Origin: an uncultured Methylomirabilota bacterium
Lineage (GTDB): Bacteria; Methylomirabilota; Methylomirabilia; Methylomirabilales; 2-02-FULL-66-22
Reading direction: 5' to 3'
Length of the DNA: 64,000 nt
Assembly: GCA_963705305.1 (NCBI GenBank)
Contig: OY970067.1
Span: 2,048,001 to 2,112,000, forward strand
This document shows positions 1 through 9,444 of the stretch, one piece after another. Below the pieces are notes generated by a model, which was not told the DNA's origin, ran no database searches, and was given only the letters and a program-made list of their open reading frames with translations. Every line of letters starts with the position of its first letter. The stretch's first letter is position 1. The position numbers were made by a program, and so were the translations under genes.

Positions 1-1234
1 GCTCGCCTATTCGATGCTGTTTACCGGCTTCGTGTCGCTCCATTTCCTGCACCCGGAAGTTCCCATCAACATCGTTCCCCAGCGGGTGTTCGGGGGGGTG
101 GATAATTTCATTCTGCTGTGCATCCCGTTCTTCATCCTGGCGGGCGATCTGATGTCCCTGACCGCCTTGTTCGACCAGCTCATCGACGTGGCCAACGCCA
201 TCATTGGCCGGGTGAAGGGGGCCCTCTCGCACATCGTGATCGTGGTCGCCATGTTCTTCGCGGGGATCACGGGGGCGGCGGTCGCCGACACCTCGGCGGT
301 GGGGAGCCTGTTAATTCCAGCCATGGTGAAGCAGGGCTACCGCAAGCAGTACGCCACGGCGGTCGTGGTGGTGGCGTCCACCATCGGGGTGATCATTCCG
401 CCCAGCAACCTGATGATCGTGGCGGCGCTGGCCACCACGACCTCGGTGGCGGCCCTGCTCCTGGGCGGGATCATTCCGGGGGTCCTGGCGGCGATGGCCA
501 TGCTGGTCTGGAGCATCTACTACGGGATCACCCGCGGCTTCCCCGCCTCGCCCCCGATGACCTGGATGGATCGCGTCCGGGTCTTTGCGCGCAGCTTCCC
601 GGCCCTGGGGATCCCGGTGATCCTGATGGGCGGCATCCTGGCCGGGATCGTCACGCCGACGGAGGCCGCCGACGTGTCGATCTTCTATGCCCTGATCGTA
701 GGGCCAATCCTTCTCCGCCGCTTTCCCACCATGAAGCAATTCTATGAGAGCTCACTCACCGTGGTCAGCCGCGTCTCCGCCGTGATGGCCTGCGTGGGCG
801 CCTCCCTGGTCCTGGGATGGATCTTCGCCATCTCCGAGGTGCCGGATGCGGTGGGGCATTTTATCACCTCCATCACCACGAATTCCGTTCTGATCACTGC
901 CGGCATGCTGGTGACCTACCTGATCGTCGGCTGCTTCATGGATCCTATCCCGGCCATCCTGATCTTCTCGCCCATCTTTCAACCGCTGGCGGAATCCATC
1001 GGCATCTCCCCGGTGCACTTCGCCGTGGTCATGGTGTTCGGGCTGACGATCGGACTGGCCACGCCCCCAGTCGGATCGTGCCTGTATGTCGGTGCGGCCA
1101 TCTCGGGCCTGCGGATCGATGAGTTCACCATGGATATGATCCCGTACATCCTGGCGATGACCGTGATCCTCTTTGTCATCGCGTATGCGCCGGGCTTCGT
1201 GATGTGGATTCCCAATCTGGCGTTGGGGAAGTGA
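1..1234 (+). CDS. dctM: TRAP transporter large permease (DctM), 5'-truncated by window edge
   Basis: Highly hydrophobic, with DctM motifs PFFILAG, FFAGITGAAVAD, IIPPS, TPTEAA, TPPVG. Frame is open to the window start. Confidence 0.93.
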   Translation, partial: LAYSMLFTGFVSLHFLHPEVPINIVPQRVFGGVDNFILLCIPFFILAGDLMSLTALFDQLIDVANAIIGRVKGALSHIVIVVAMFFAGITGAAVADTSAVGSLLIPAMVKQGYRKQYATAVVVVASTIGVIIPPSNLMIVAALATTTSVAALLLGGIIPGVLAAMAMLVWSIYYGITRGFPASPPMTWMDRVRVFARSFPALGIPVILMGGILAGIVTPTEAADVSIFYALIVGPILLRRFPTMKQFYESSLTVVSRVSAVMACVGASLVLGWIFAISEVPDAVGHFITSITTNSVLITAGMLVTYLIVGCFMDPIPAILIFSPIFQPLAESIGISPVHFAVVMVFGLTIGLATPPVGSCLYVGAAISGLRIDEFTMDMIPYILAMTVILFVIAYAPGFVMWIPNLALGK

Positions 1235-1332
1235 GCGGGGGCCTCGCCCGGATGGAAGGCGGGGAACCGATGGGTGGCTGAGCAGGCCTGGACGGCTGCT
1301 CGTGGGCAACTGAACACTGGAAGGAGGAGGCG

Positions 1333-2331
1333 ATGGGTGCGAAGCGTGGAGCCTGGTGGGCGCTGGTGATCGCCATTGTCATGTCGTTCGTGCTGGCAGG
1401 GATTGCCCAGGCTGGCGAGGTGGTCCTGAAACTCGGGACCAGCCAGCCCCCTAAGGGCGGATACCTCGGCGACACTCCGAAAGTCTTCGCCGACGCCATC
1501 GAGCAGGCGACCAAGGGGGCAGTGAAGGTCAAAGTATTCTATTCCGGGTCGCTGAGCGCCAACGAGCGGGAGCTCTTGGAGATGGCCCAAAGCGGGGCCA
1601 CCGATTTCGGGATCGGGGCCACGACCTACGTGCTGGGCTGGGCGCCCGCCTTCAAGGTCTTCGACCTCCCGTACCTTTTCCAGGGGGTCGAGCACTTCAA
1701 GAGGGTCGTGCAGGGGCCGGTGGGCGAGACGCTGGCCAAGCAGGAGGAGGTGCACGGGGTGGTGCAGCTTGCCTACATCCTGCCGGGAGTCCGGAGCATC
1801 TTCAACAATGTCCGGCCCATCAACAAGCTGGAGGACGCCAAGGGCCTGAAGATCCGGAGCATGCAGAGCCCCGTGTACCTTGACATGTTCAAGGCCATGG
1901 GAATGCTGCCGACGGCGATGCCGGCCTCGGAGCTGTACACCTCCCTCCAGACGGGTGTGGTGGACGCCGGCGAGAACGACCCGGCCAGCGTGGTCAGCTG
2001 GGGGTGGATTGACGTGATCAAGTACTATTCTCTCGACGAGCACTCCATCTCGTGCAACGTGCTGATCATGAATAAGAAGCGGTTCGACAGCTTCTCGCCG
2101 GAGATTCAGAAGGCCATCCTCCAGGCGGGGAAGACAGCCGAAAACTATCAGTTGGACTACATCCAAAAAGCGACCGCGGAAAGCCTGGAGAAGATCAGGG
2201 CCAAGGGAGTCAAGGTCAACACCATCCCCGACAAGAAGCCCTTCCAGGATGCCGTCAAGCACATCATCGCCCAGTACGAGCCGGAGATCGGCCACAACCT
2301 GGTCCAGATGGTGCGGGACGCCGCGAAGTAG
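1333..2331 (+). CDS. dctP: TRAP transporter substrate-binding protein (DctP)
   Basis: Signal peptide; FDLPYLF, GLKIRSM, ELYTSLQTGVVDAGEN motifs; AGGAGG RBS. Confidence 0.93.
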   Translation: MGAKRGAWWALVIAIVMSFVLAGIAQAGEVVLKLGTSQPPKGGYLGDTPKVFADAIEQATKGAVKVKVFYSGSLSANERELLEMAQSGATDFGIGATTYVLGWAPAFKVFDLPYLFQGVEHFKRVVQGPVGETLAKQEEVHGVVQLAYILPGVRSIFNNVRPINKLEDAKGLKIRSMQSPVYLDMFKAMGMLPTAMPASELYTSLQTGVVDAGENDPASVVSWGWIDVIKYYSLDEHSISCNVLIMNKKRFDSFSPEIQKAILQAGKTAENYQLDYIQKATAESLEKIRAKGVKVNTIPDKKPFQDAVKHIIAQYEPEIGHNLVQMVRDAAK

Positions 2332-2430
2332 CGGCCGAGTGTCTTGGCGCCCGGGGGTGGGCCGGCCGCGCCGGCCCCACCCCCGGGCGCTCTGCGGAGG
2401 GGCGCCTGCGGCCCCTGGTGTTGCATCGCC

Positions 2431-4809
2431 ATGATCACATCAGCGGTTGCGCTCGACCGGACGACCCGCCTGCGGGGCCGGCTCTTGTCGCACGAGCCGT
2501 CGATCTGCCACGAGCGGGTGGCCATCGTCACCCAGTGCTACGACGAGCTGGGACAGTCCCTCCCGCCCGTCCGCCTGCGGGCCAGGGCCCTGGCCGCCGC
2601 CCTGGATGGGATGACCATCTTCATCGGGCCCGATGAGCTGATCGTCGGGAACCAGGCCTCCCGGCCGCGCGCGGCCCCGGTCTTCCCCGAATACTCCTGG
2701 GAATGGATCCTGGACGAGCTGGGCACCCTCCCCCGGCGGACAGCCGACCGGTTTGCCGTTTCCCCCGAGACGGCCGAGGCCTTGCGATCCCTGCTTCCGC
2801 GTTGGCGGGGCCGGGCCCTTCGCGATCGGGCGGCGGCGGCCATGCCGGAGGAGGTCCTGCGGGCGCAGGAGGGCCTGGTCTTTCTTCTGACCAGCATGGG
2901 CTGCGGCGTGGGGCACCTGGCCCCCGACTACTCCCGCGTGCTTGCCCGCGGACTGGCGGGACTGGCGGACGCGGCCCAATCCATGCTGAACACCCTGGAC
3001 CTTACCGAGCCGGCCTCCCTGAGGCGGCGGGATTTTTGCCTGGCCGCGGTGGAGGTCTGCCAGGCGGCGATCCGCTTTGCCCACCGCTACGCAGAGCTGG
3101 CCCTTCGCCTGGCGGGAAGCGAGGCGAATGCGGCCAGGCGGGCGGAGCTCCAGGAGATCGCGCGCGTCTGCCGGAAGGTGCCGGCCCAGCCGGCCGCGAC
3201 GTTTCACGAGGCCCTCCAATCCTTCTGGTTCGTCCACCTCATCATCCAGATCGAGGCCAACGGCCACTCCATCTCGCCGGGCCGGTTCGATCAGTACATG
3301 GCCCCCTCCTATGCGGCCGACCTCCAGACGGGGCGGCTGGACCGTGAACGGGCTCTGGAGCTGCTGGACTGCCTCTGGATCAAGTTCAACGAGATCATGA
3401 AGCTGCGGGACCGGACCGCCTCCATCGGGTTCGGGGGATACCCCCTGTTTCAGAACCTCATCGTCGGGGGCCAGACGGCGGACGGGCGGGACGCCACCAA
3501 CGACCTGTCCTTCCTTTGCCTGGAGGCCACCCGCCGGACCCGCCTGCCCCAGCCCTCGCTCTCGGTGCGGGTGCACGCCGGAAGCCCCCCGCCCTTCCTG
3601 AAGGCGGCCGCCGCGCTGGCCCGCGAGGGGCTGGGCATGCCCGCCTTCTTCAACGACGAGATCATCGTCCCGCTGCTCCAGCGGATGGGCGCCGGGTTGG
3701 AGGAGGCCCGCGGGTACGCCGAGGTGGGCTGCGTCGAGCCCCAGGTGCCCGGCCGCACGAACGGGTACTATCCGGCCGGCTTCCTCAATCTGGGGAAGGT
3801 GGTGAGCCTGGCCCTGCACAACGGCACCGATCCGGTCAGCGGCCGGCAGCTTGGCCCGCGCGACGCCGCGTTCGGGGGGTTTGCCCGCTACGAGGACGTG
3901 CGCGCGGCCCTGGACCGGCAGCTGGAGCATTTCATCCGGCTGCTGGTGGCCGCGGATAACGTCTTGGACGCCGCCCACGGGGCCCTGGCGCCCAATCCCT
4001 TCGTCTCGCTTGTGGTGGACGACTGCCTGACGCGCGGCCTGTGCTACGAAGAGGGCGGGGCCGTCCACAACTACACGGCGCCCAACAGCGTCGGTCTGGC
4101 CAACGCCGCCGACGCCCTGATGGCGGTCAAGCGGCTAGTATTCCAGGAGCGAAAAGTGGGGATGCCGGAGCTGCTGCAGGCACTGGCGGAGGATTTCGCC
4201 GGTCGGGAGGCCCTGCGCCAGATGCTGCTCCACAAGGCCCCCAAGTACGGCAACGACGAGGACGAAGTGGACGCCATCGCCCGGGAACTGGCCAGCCAGA
4301 TCCTTCGAGGATTCAAGCGATTCCGCAACGTCCGCGGGGGTCGGTTCGAGCCGGGCCTGCAGAGCATCTCGGCGCATGCCCTGTTCCGGGACGCCGTGGG
4401 CGCCACGCCGGACGGGCGCACGGCGCGGATGCTCTTGGCCGACGGGGGCATCTCCCCGGCGCAGGGGCGGGATCGCCGCGGCCCGACCGCCGTGGTCAAG
4501 TCCGCCGCCAAGCTGGACCATCTGGAGTCCTCCAACGGGACGCTGCTCAATATCAAATTGAGCCCGCAGTCGGTCGCCGGGGAGACCGGGCTGGAAAACC
4601 TGGCGGCCCTCATCCGGACCTACTTCCAGCTGGGGGGGCAACACGTCCAGTTCAACATCGTCAGCTCCGACGTCTTGCGCGAGGCGCAGGCGCATCCCGA
4701 AGAGCATCGGGATCTGGTCGTCCGGGTGGCCGGCTTCAGCGTGCTGTTCACCACCATCGACCGGGTGCTCCAAGAGGACATCATCGAGCGGACCGAGCAT
4801 GTTCTCTGA
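2431..4809 (+). CDS. Glycyl radical enzyme, glycerol/diol dehydratase-like (PFL2 family)
   Basis: Cys loop GCVEP, glycyl loop RVAGFS, ANGHSISPGRFDQY, FGGYP. Start placed at ATG 2431 rather than TTG 2344. Confidence 0.93.
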   Translation: MITSAVALDRTTRLRGRLLSHEPSICHERVAIVTQCYDELGQSLPPVRLRARALAAALDGMTIFIGPDELIVGNQASRPRAAPVFPEYSWEWILDELGTLPRRTADRFAVSPETAEALRSLLPRWRGRALRDRAAAAMPEEVLRAQEGLVFLLTSMGCGVGHLAPDYSRVLARGLAGLADAAQSMLNTLDLTEPASLRRRDFCLAAVEVCQAAIRFAHRYAELALRLAGSEANAARRAELQEIARVCRKVPAQPAATFHEALQSFWFVHLIIQIEANGHSISPGRFDQYMAPSYAADLQTGRLDRERALELLDCLWIKFNEIMKLRDRTASIGFGGYPLFQNLIVGGQTADGRDATNDLSFLCLEATRRTRLPQPSLSVRVHAGSPPPFLKAAAALAREGLGMPAFFNDEIIVPLLQRMGAGLEEARGYAEVGCVEPQVPGRTNGYYPAGFLNLGKVVSLALHNGTDPVSGRQLGPRDAAFGGFARYEDVRAALDRQLEHFIRLLVAADNVLDAAHGALAPNPFVSLVVDDCLTRGLCYEEGGAVHNYTAPNSVGLANAADALMAVKRLVFQERKVGMPELLQALAEDFAGREALRQMLLHKAPKYGNDEDEVDAIARELASQILRGFKRFRNVRGGRFEPGLQSISAHALFRDAVGATPDGRTARMLLADGGISPAQGRDRRGPTAVVKSAAKLDHLESSNGTLLNIKLSPQSVAGETGLENLAALIRTYFQLGGQHVQFNIVSSDVLREAQAHPEEHRDLVVRVAGFSVLFTTIDRVLQEDIIERTEHVL

Positions 4810-5749
4810 AGCCCGGCAATCCGATCCCGCACCCGCCCAGACGCCCGACGCCGGCATCGTCTTCGACATCCAGCGCTTCTCCGTCCACGACGGCCCGGGC
4901 ATCCGCACGCTCGTCTTCCTCAAGGGATGCCCCCTGTCGTGCGAGTGGTGTGCCAATCCGGAGGGCCGACAGCCCGGACCGGAGATCCTCTTCGATCCCG
5001 CCAGGTGCGTGGGCTGCCGGGTCTGCGAGGGGGTCTGCACCAACGGCGCGGCCCTGGTGGCGGAGGGGGGGACGCCAGTGTTCGAGCGGGGACGCTGCCT
5101 GGCCTGCGGCGCCTGCGTGGAGGTCTGTCCCTCGGGGGCCCGCGCCCTGGCGGGCCGGTCCATGTCCGTCCAGACCGTGCTGGCGGAGGTGCTGAAGGAC
5201 GAGCCCTTCTACCGAAACTCCGGCGGCGGCCTCACGTTGGGGGGCGGCGAGCCGCTGGCGCAGCCCGATTTCGCGGCGGGGATCCTCCGGGCGTCCCGCG
5301 ATCGCGCGATCCACACGGCCGTGGAGACCTCTGGGCATGTTCCCTGGCCCCGCCTCCGGCAGGCGCTCCCCTGGACGGACCTGTTCCTCTATGATCTCAA
5401 GCATCCGGATCCGGATGCGCATCGGGCGCACACCGGCGGCGATGTCGGCCTCGTGATGGGAAACCTGGATCGCCTGCTCGAGGCCGGGGCCCGGGTCTGG
5501 CCGCGGGTGGCCGTGATTCCGGGGTTCAACGACGATCCGGCGGTCTTCGGCGAACTGGTCCGGCAGGTCGCCGGGTTGGGACTGGGCGAGATCCACCTGC
5601 TGCCGTACCATCGGCTGGGACAGGCCAAGTACCGGCTCCTGGGCCGGGAGGAAGTGTTCCGCGGGCGGGAGGCGATCCGCGAGGGGCGGCTGGAGGAGCT
5701 GGCCGCGCTGGCTCGTGCGGCGGGACTGGCTGTGACGGTGGGGGGATAG
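4799..5749 (+). CDS. Glycyl-radical activating enzyme (radical SAM with ferredoxin insert)
   Basis: HDGPGIRT, GCPLSCEWC (CxxxCxxC), two CxxCxxCxxxC motifs, GGEP; overlaps the GRE stop. Confidence 0.95.
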   Translation: MFSEARQSDPAPAQTPDAGIVFDIQRFSVHDGPGIRTLVFLKGCPLSCEWCANPEGRQPGPEILFDPARCVGCRVCEGVCTNGAALVAEGGTPVFERGRCLACGACVEVCPSGARALAGRSMSVQTVLAEVLKDEPFYRNSGGGLTLGGGEPLAQPDFAAGILRASRDRAIHTAVETSGHVPWPRLRQALPWTDLFLYDLKHPDPDAHRAHTGGDVGLVMGNLDRLLEAGARVWPRVAVIPGFNDDPAVFGELVRQVAGLGLGEIHLLPYHRLGQAKYRLLGREEVFRGREAIREGRLEELAALARAAGLAVTVGG

Positions 5750-5870
5750 CGCCGCCCCTGCGGTCGCGGCGCCGGGACGGATCGTCGAGATCGTTGCCTT
5801 CGAACGCGAGGAAGCGTAGCCTAGCATCATCGCCCGCGCTAGCCGCGGGGGACGGAACTGCGGAGGGAGC

Positions 5871-6629
5871 ATGGGCTGGACAGGCAAGGTGGCACTGGTC
5901 ACGGGTGGGGGCTCCGGGATCGGACGCTCCACGTGCGAGCTGTTCGCGGCCGGCGGCGGGACCGTGGTGGCGGCGGATCTGAACGAGCGGGCGGCCGCCG
6001 CGATAGTCGAATCGATCCGGCAGCGGGGCGGCCGCGCCGAGGCCGTGGGGACCGATGTGACCCGCTGGGAGGACGTGCAGACGGTCGTGGAGAGGGCGCG
6101 GAGGATCTCGGGCCGGCTGGACGTCGTCATCAACTGTGCCGGGATCCTGCGGATTCACACGATCGAGGAGACCTCCGAAGCGGAATGGCAGCAGGTGCTC
6201 GAGATCAACCTCACCGGCGCGTTTCTGGTCACCAAGGCCGCGATGCGGGTGATGCGAGAGCAGGGGGGCGGCTCCATCGTCCACATCGCCTCGCGCATGG
6301 CCCTGCGGGTGAAAGAGGGCCATGCGGCGTATGCCGCTGCCAAGGCCGGCGTGATGCAGCTCACGGAGATGGCCGCCCTGGAGGGGGCCCGTGACGGCAT
6401 CCGGGTCAACTGCGTCTGCCCCGGGTTCGTGGACACTCCCATGGTGCGGAACTCCGGCCCCGCCGACGACGTGGAGGCCCAGTTCGCCGCCTGGGCCAAG
6501 ATCTGCCCGTTGGGCCGCGCCGCGGTGCCCGGGGACATCGCCCGGGCCATGCTGTTCCTGGCCTCGGACGATGCCGCGTTCATTACCGGCGTGGCCCTGC
6601 CCGTGGACGGTGGGCGGACGATTCTCTGA
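5871..6629 (+). CDS. Short-chain dehydrogenase/reductase (SDR)
   Basis: TGGGSGIG, NCAG, YAAAK, IRVNCVCPG, VDGG. Confidence 0.93.
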   Translation: MGWTGKVALVTGGGSGIGRSTCELFAAGGGTVVAADLNERAAAAIVESIRQRGGRAEAVGTDVTRWEDVQTVVERARRISGRLDVVINCAGILRIHTIEETSEAEWQQVLEINLTGAFLVTKAAMRVMREQGGGSIVHIASRMALRVKEGHAAYAAAKAGVMQLTEMAALEGARDGIRVNCVCPGFVDTPMVRNSGPADDVEAQFAAWAKICPLGRAAVPGDIARAMLFLASDDAAFITGVALPVDGGRTIL

Positions 6630-6680
6630 CCGACAGGTGCCGTACCAGGCGTTCTGCGCTTCCGCAAGGAGGGACCTTAC

Positions 6681-7583
6681 ATGCCGAACACACCGCTGGG
6701 CTTCCTCGGATTGGGCGTCATGGGCGGGCCCATGGCCCGGAATCTCCTCAAGGCCGGCTATCCGGTGACCGGCTATGATCCCGACGCCAACCGGATGCAG
6801 CTTTTCACGCGGGCGGGCGGGAAGGCCGTGGCCTCCGTCGAGGCGGTCGGGCGGGCAGGAGACGTCGTGTTCCTCTCCCTCCCCACCGGCGACGTGGTGC
6901 GGCGGACAGTCACCGGCGAGGGGGGGCTGCTCTCGGCCATGCCGTCGGGCGCGCTCATCGCGGACCTCAGCACCACGGAGCCGAAGGTGGCCCAGGACTG
7001 CGCAACAGCCTGCGCGGATCGCGGCATCACGTTCCTGGACGCGCCGGTCAGCGGCGGGGAACAGGGAGCCATCGACGCCAGCCTGTCCATCATGGTGGGC
7101 GGCGAGGCGGCGGGGTTTGCCCGCTGCCAGCCCCTGCTCGCCTGCGTGGGCAAGTCAGTCGTCCACATGGGGGGCAGCGGACTGGGCCAGGCGACCAAGC
7201 TCCTCAACAACATGATCGTGGCGGCCGGATTTGCCGCGGTCTGCGAGGCGTGGGGGTTGGCGGCCAAGGTTGGCCTGGACCCGGCCACGCTGCATCAGGC
7301 CATCAAGGGCGGCTGGGCCGGCTCGCGTGTCATGGAGGAGACGGTCCCCCGTCTCCTGGCCCGGAATTTCGTCCCCGGCGGGACCGTGGACATCATGACC
7401 AAGGACGTGGGATATGCCCTGAACATGGCGCGGTCCCTGGATGTGCCCGTGCCGGTAACGGCCCTGGCCCACGAGCTTTTCCGCATGGTGAAGGCGCAGG
7501 GGCAGGGACCCAAGGCCCAGCCCATCCTAATCAGCCTGTGGGAGCAGTGGACGGGGGTGCAGGTCGGAGGTCACCAGCCCTGA
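6681..7583 (+). CDS. NAD(P)-dependent beta-hydroxyacid dehydrogenase (GarR/GlxR/HIBADH family)
   Basis: GFLGLGVMG, DAPVSGG, catalytic KLLNN, KDVG. Confidence 0.9.
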   Translation: MPNTPLGFLGLGVMGGPMARNLLKAGYPVTGYDPDANRMQLFTRAGGKAVASVEAVGRAGDVVFLSLPTGDVVRRTVTGEGGLLSAMPSGALIADLSTTEPKVAQDCATACADRGITFLDAPVSGGEQGAIDASLSIMVGGEAAGFARCQPLLACVGKSVVHMGGSGLGQATKLLNNMIVAAGFAAVCEAWGLAAKVGLDPATLHQAIKGGWAGSRVMEETVPRLLARNFVPGGTVDIMTKDVGYALNMARSLDVPVPVTALAHELFRMVKAQGQGPKAQPILISLWEQWTGVQVGGHQP

Positions 7584-7611
7584 TCTCGGCTTTCGACCCG
7601 AAGGTGAGAGC

Positions 7612-7893
7612 ATGGAGCAGACGCGACGTCAAGAGATCAGAAGCCTGTTATGCCAGCGCCTCTGGACCCTGGACGAGCTGGCGGCGCGGTACGTCGTGGC
7701 CAAGCGGATCATCATAAACGATCTGGAGCATATCGCCCGCTCCGTGGCGCCGCGCCAGAGACTCGAGATCCTGCCGCCGGTGTGCCGCCAGTGCGGTTTC
7801 CGGTTCAAGGATCGGTCGCGCTTTTCGGATCCATCCCGCTGTCCGCAGTGCAAGAACGAACACCTCGGCTCGCAACAGTTCCGCATCGTGTGA
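7612..7893 (+). CDS. Small HTH + Zn-ribbon predicted transcriptional regulator
   Basis: N-terminal HTH (TRRQEI...DLEHIARS), then CxxC (CRQCGF) and CxxC (CPQC). Confidence 0.75.
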   Translation: MEQTRRQEIRSLLCQRLWTLDELAARYVVAKRIIINDLEHIARSVAPRQRLEILPPVCRQCGFRFKDRSRFSDPSRCPQCKNEHLGSQQFRIV

Positions 7894-7948
7894 GTTCGGG
7901 GAGCCGGGGGAGCGGGGTTACTCGATTGCCACCTGCTGGAGGAGCGTC

Positions 7949-8140
7949 ATGCGGATCTGGGTCAGCCTGGCCTATCTGAGCCTGGGCACGTCGCTGGTCA
8001 GTCTGGGGATCGCCAATGCGTCCTGGCTGCTGGGGGCTCCGGCGGCAGGCCTGAGCCCCCGGGCGTATGCCGGCGGAGCCGCCATCGCGCTTCTGTACGC
8101 CATCACGTTCCTGCTGTTCGATCTGGCCCAACACCGCTAA
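7949..8140 (+). CDS. Small membrane protein, hypothetical
   Basis: [10 protein letters not shown]; two hydrophobic segments. Confidence 0.5.
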   Translation: MRIWVSLAYLSLGTSLVSLGIANASWLLGAPAAGLSPRAYAGGAAIALLYAITFLLFDLAQHR

Positions 8141-8142
8141 CG

Positions 8143-8276
8143 GGCTGCTGAAAAAGTCCCATCTGCGGCATCTTGCCGTTCGACAGGCCCTTCGACGAGC
8201 TCAGGGCGGTGAGGACAGTCGAACCGCTCACGGTCCCGAGCGACGTCGAGGGACATCTGGGCCTTTTTGAGCAGCC
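8143..8276. repeat. MITE-like element with imperfect ~23-bp terminal inverted repeats
   Basis: GGCTGCTGAAAAAGTCCCATCTG ... CATCTGGGCCTTTTTGAGCAGCC; a related copy lies at 49924-50066 in the opposite orientation. Confidence 0.75.
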
Positions 8277-8476
8277 GGGCCGAGGATGAGCTGTTCCGCG
8301 TCCCGCTTAGCCCTTCGATTCATAGATTCGGCAACGAGTTTATACGCAAAGGGTTTAGCGTTCCGTCCCTAGAGATTGTGAAGGAAATTCACCGCCCCCG
8401 GGGGCGGCCCGAAGCCAACACTCAGAGCCTCCGAACCCCGTTGGCTGTTGCACCTTGGCGTCATGGCGGTTCAAGA

Positions 8477-8665
8477 TTAGTTTCGCATGGCCAAAACTTG
8501 CATCTCGAATTTGGGATCGTGCTCAACCCGAAAGTCCTCGCCGCACTTGCTGCACTTGCCGGCCCAGGACTCATCCTCCTGGCGGGTGAGGATGACGACC
8601 CCGCAGACATGCTTTCTGGGGATGCGGTGGAGGGTAATGGCAACCAGCTGACTTTCCGTGGGCAT
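8477..8665 (-). CDS. Small Cys/His-containing hypothetical protein (62 aa)
   Basis: MPTESQLVA...HVCG...CSKC; AAGGG RBS-like sequence upstream. Confidence 0.55.
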   Translation of the reverse strand: MPTESQLVAITLHRIPRKHVCGVVILTRQEDESWAGKCSKCGEDFRVEHDPKFEMQVLAMRN

Positions 8666-8913
8666 ACCGGGTCCCTTTCTGCACTTCTCCCGCAAGAAGA
8701 GACCAGACCAGGATGCCACCGAGTGGGCGGGAAGGTCAAGGGAAAGCCGCCTGACATCGGCCGGTTCCTTCAAAGGGGCGAAGAACCGGACCAAAAAAAC
8801 CAGCCCCGCCGGGTGGCAGGGCCGGATCGGCTCGCGGGAAAACCTCCCCCCCTTCTCCCGTCCACCGGCCGGGGGATACCGGGAGGGCCGTCGCAACGAA
8901 AGAAGAGACCGGA

Positions 8914-9072
8914 CTAGGATTTGGCCAGCCGGTACTTCTTGACGTACGCCCAGATCTTTTTCGTCATCTCGCTCGGGCTGATCGGCTTGTCGCCGAAGAC
9001 GGCCTCCACCGTGTCGGTGCGCCCCTTGAAGTTGATGGTGTAGCCGCCGAACGCCGCCTTCTTCGTGGCCAT
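8914..9072 (-). CDS. Small basic SWIB/MDM2-like protein (52 aa)
   Basis: GDKPISPSEMTKKIWAYVKK resembles the SWIB core; AAGGGG RBS; TTGACA at 9177-9172 upstream. Confidence 0.65.
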   Translation of the reverse strand: MATKKAAFGGYTINFKGRTDTVEAVFGDKPISPSEMTKKIWAYVKKYRLAKS

Positions 9073-9444
9073 TCCCCTTCTCCTCTGCGGGCATGCAGCC
9101 TTCGGCAGCCCGCCTGATCGCCTGCCCCCTATCGGGCGACGTTGGAGTAAAAATACCAATACTATATGGGATGTCAACTATTATTTGTCATCGGACCACA
9201 AGATATTGGGTCTGGAATCATTCGCTACGCCAGATTCTGGGTCCCCGCGTCTGTTGGAGTTGACGATCCTTGTGTTCGTATACGGGCGCTCGAGGGTGGA
9301 GATGCGATCGGAGATTGTCAAGCCGACTTGACGATATTTTCTCCTCAACGTATCCTCCTTCTTCCTGGATGAAGGGCACAGCGGCGCCACCGCAGGCGGG
9401 AGTGGAGAGGGAGCGGCCGCGGAAAAGTCCGGCAGAGGGATCCT

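Noticed and set aside
2431..4809. Pyruvate formate-lyase (pflB) call
   Set aside because: Single Cys in GCVE rather than the PFL Cys-Cys pair; the activase has a ferredoxin insert.
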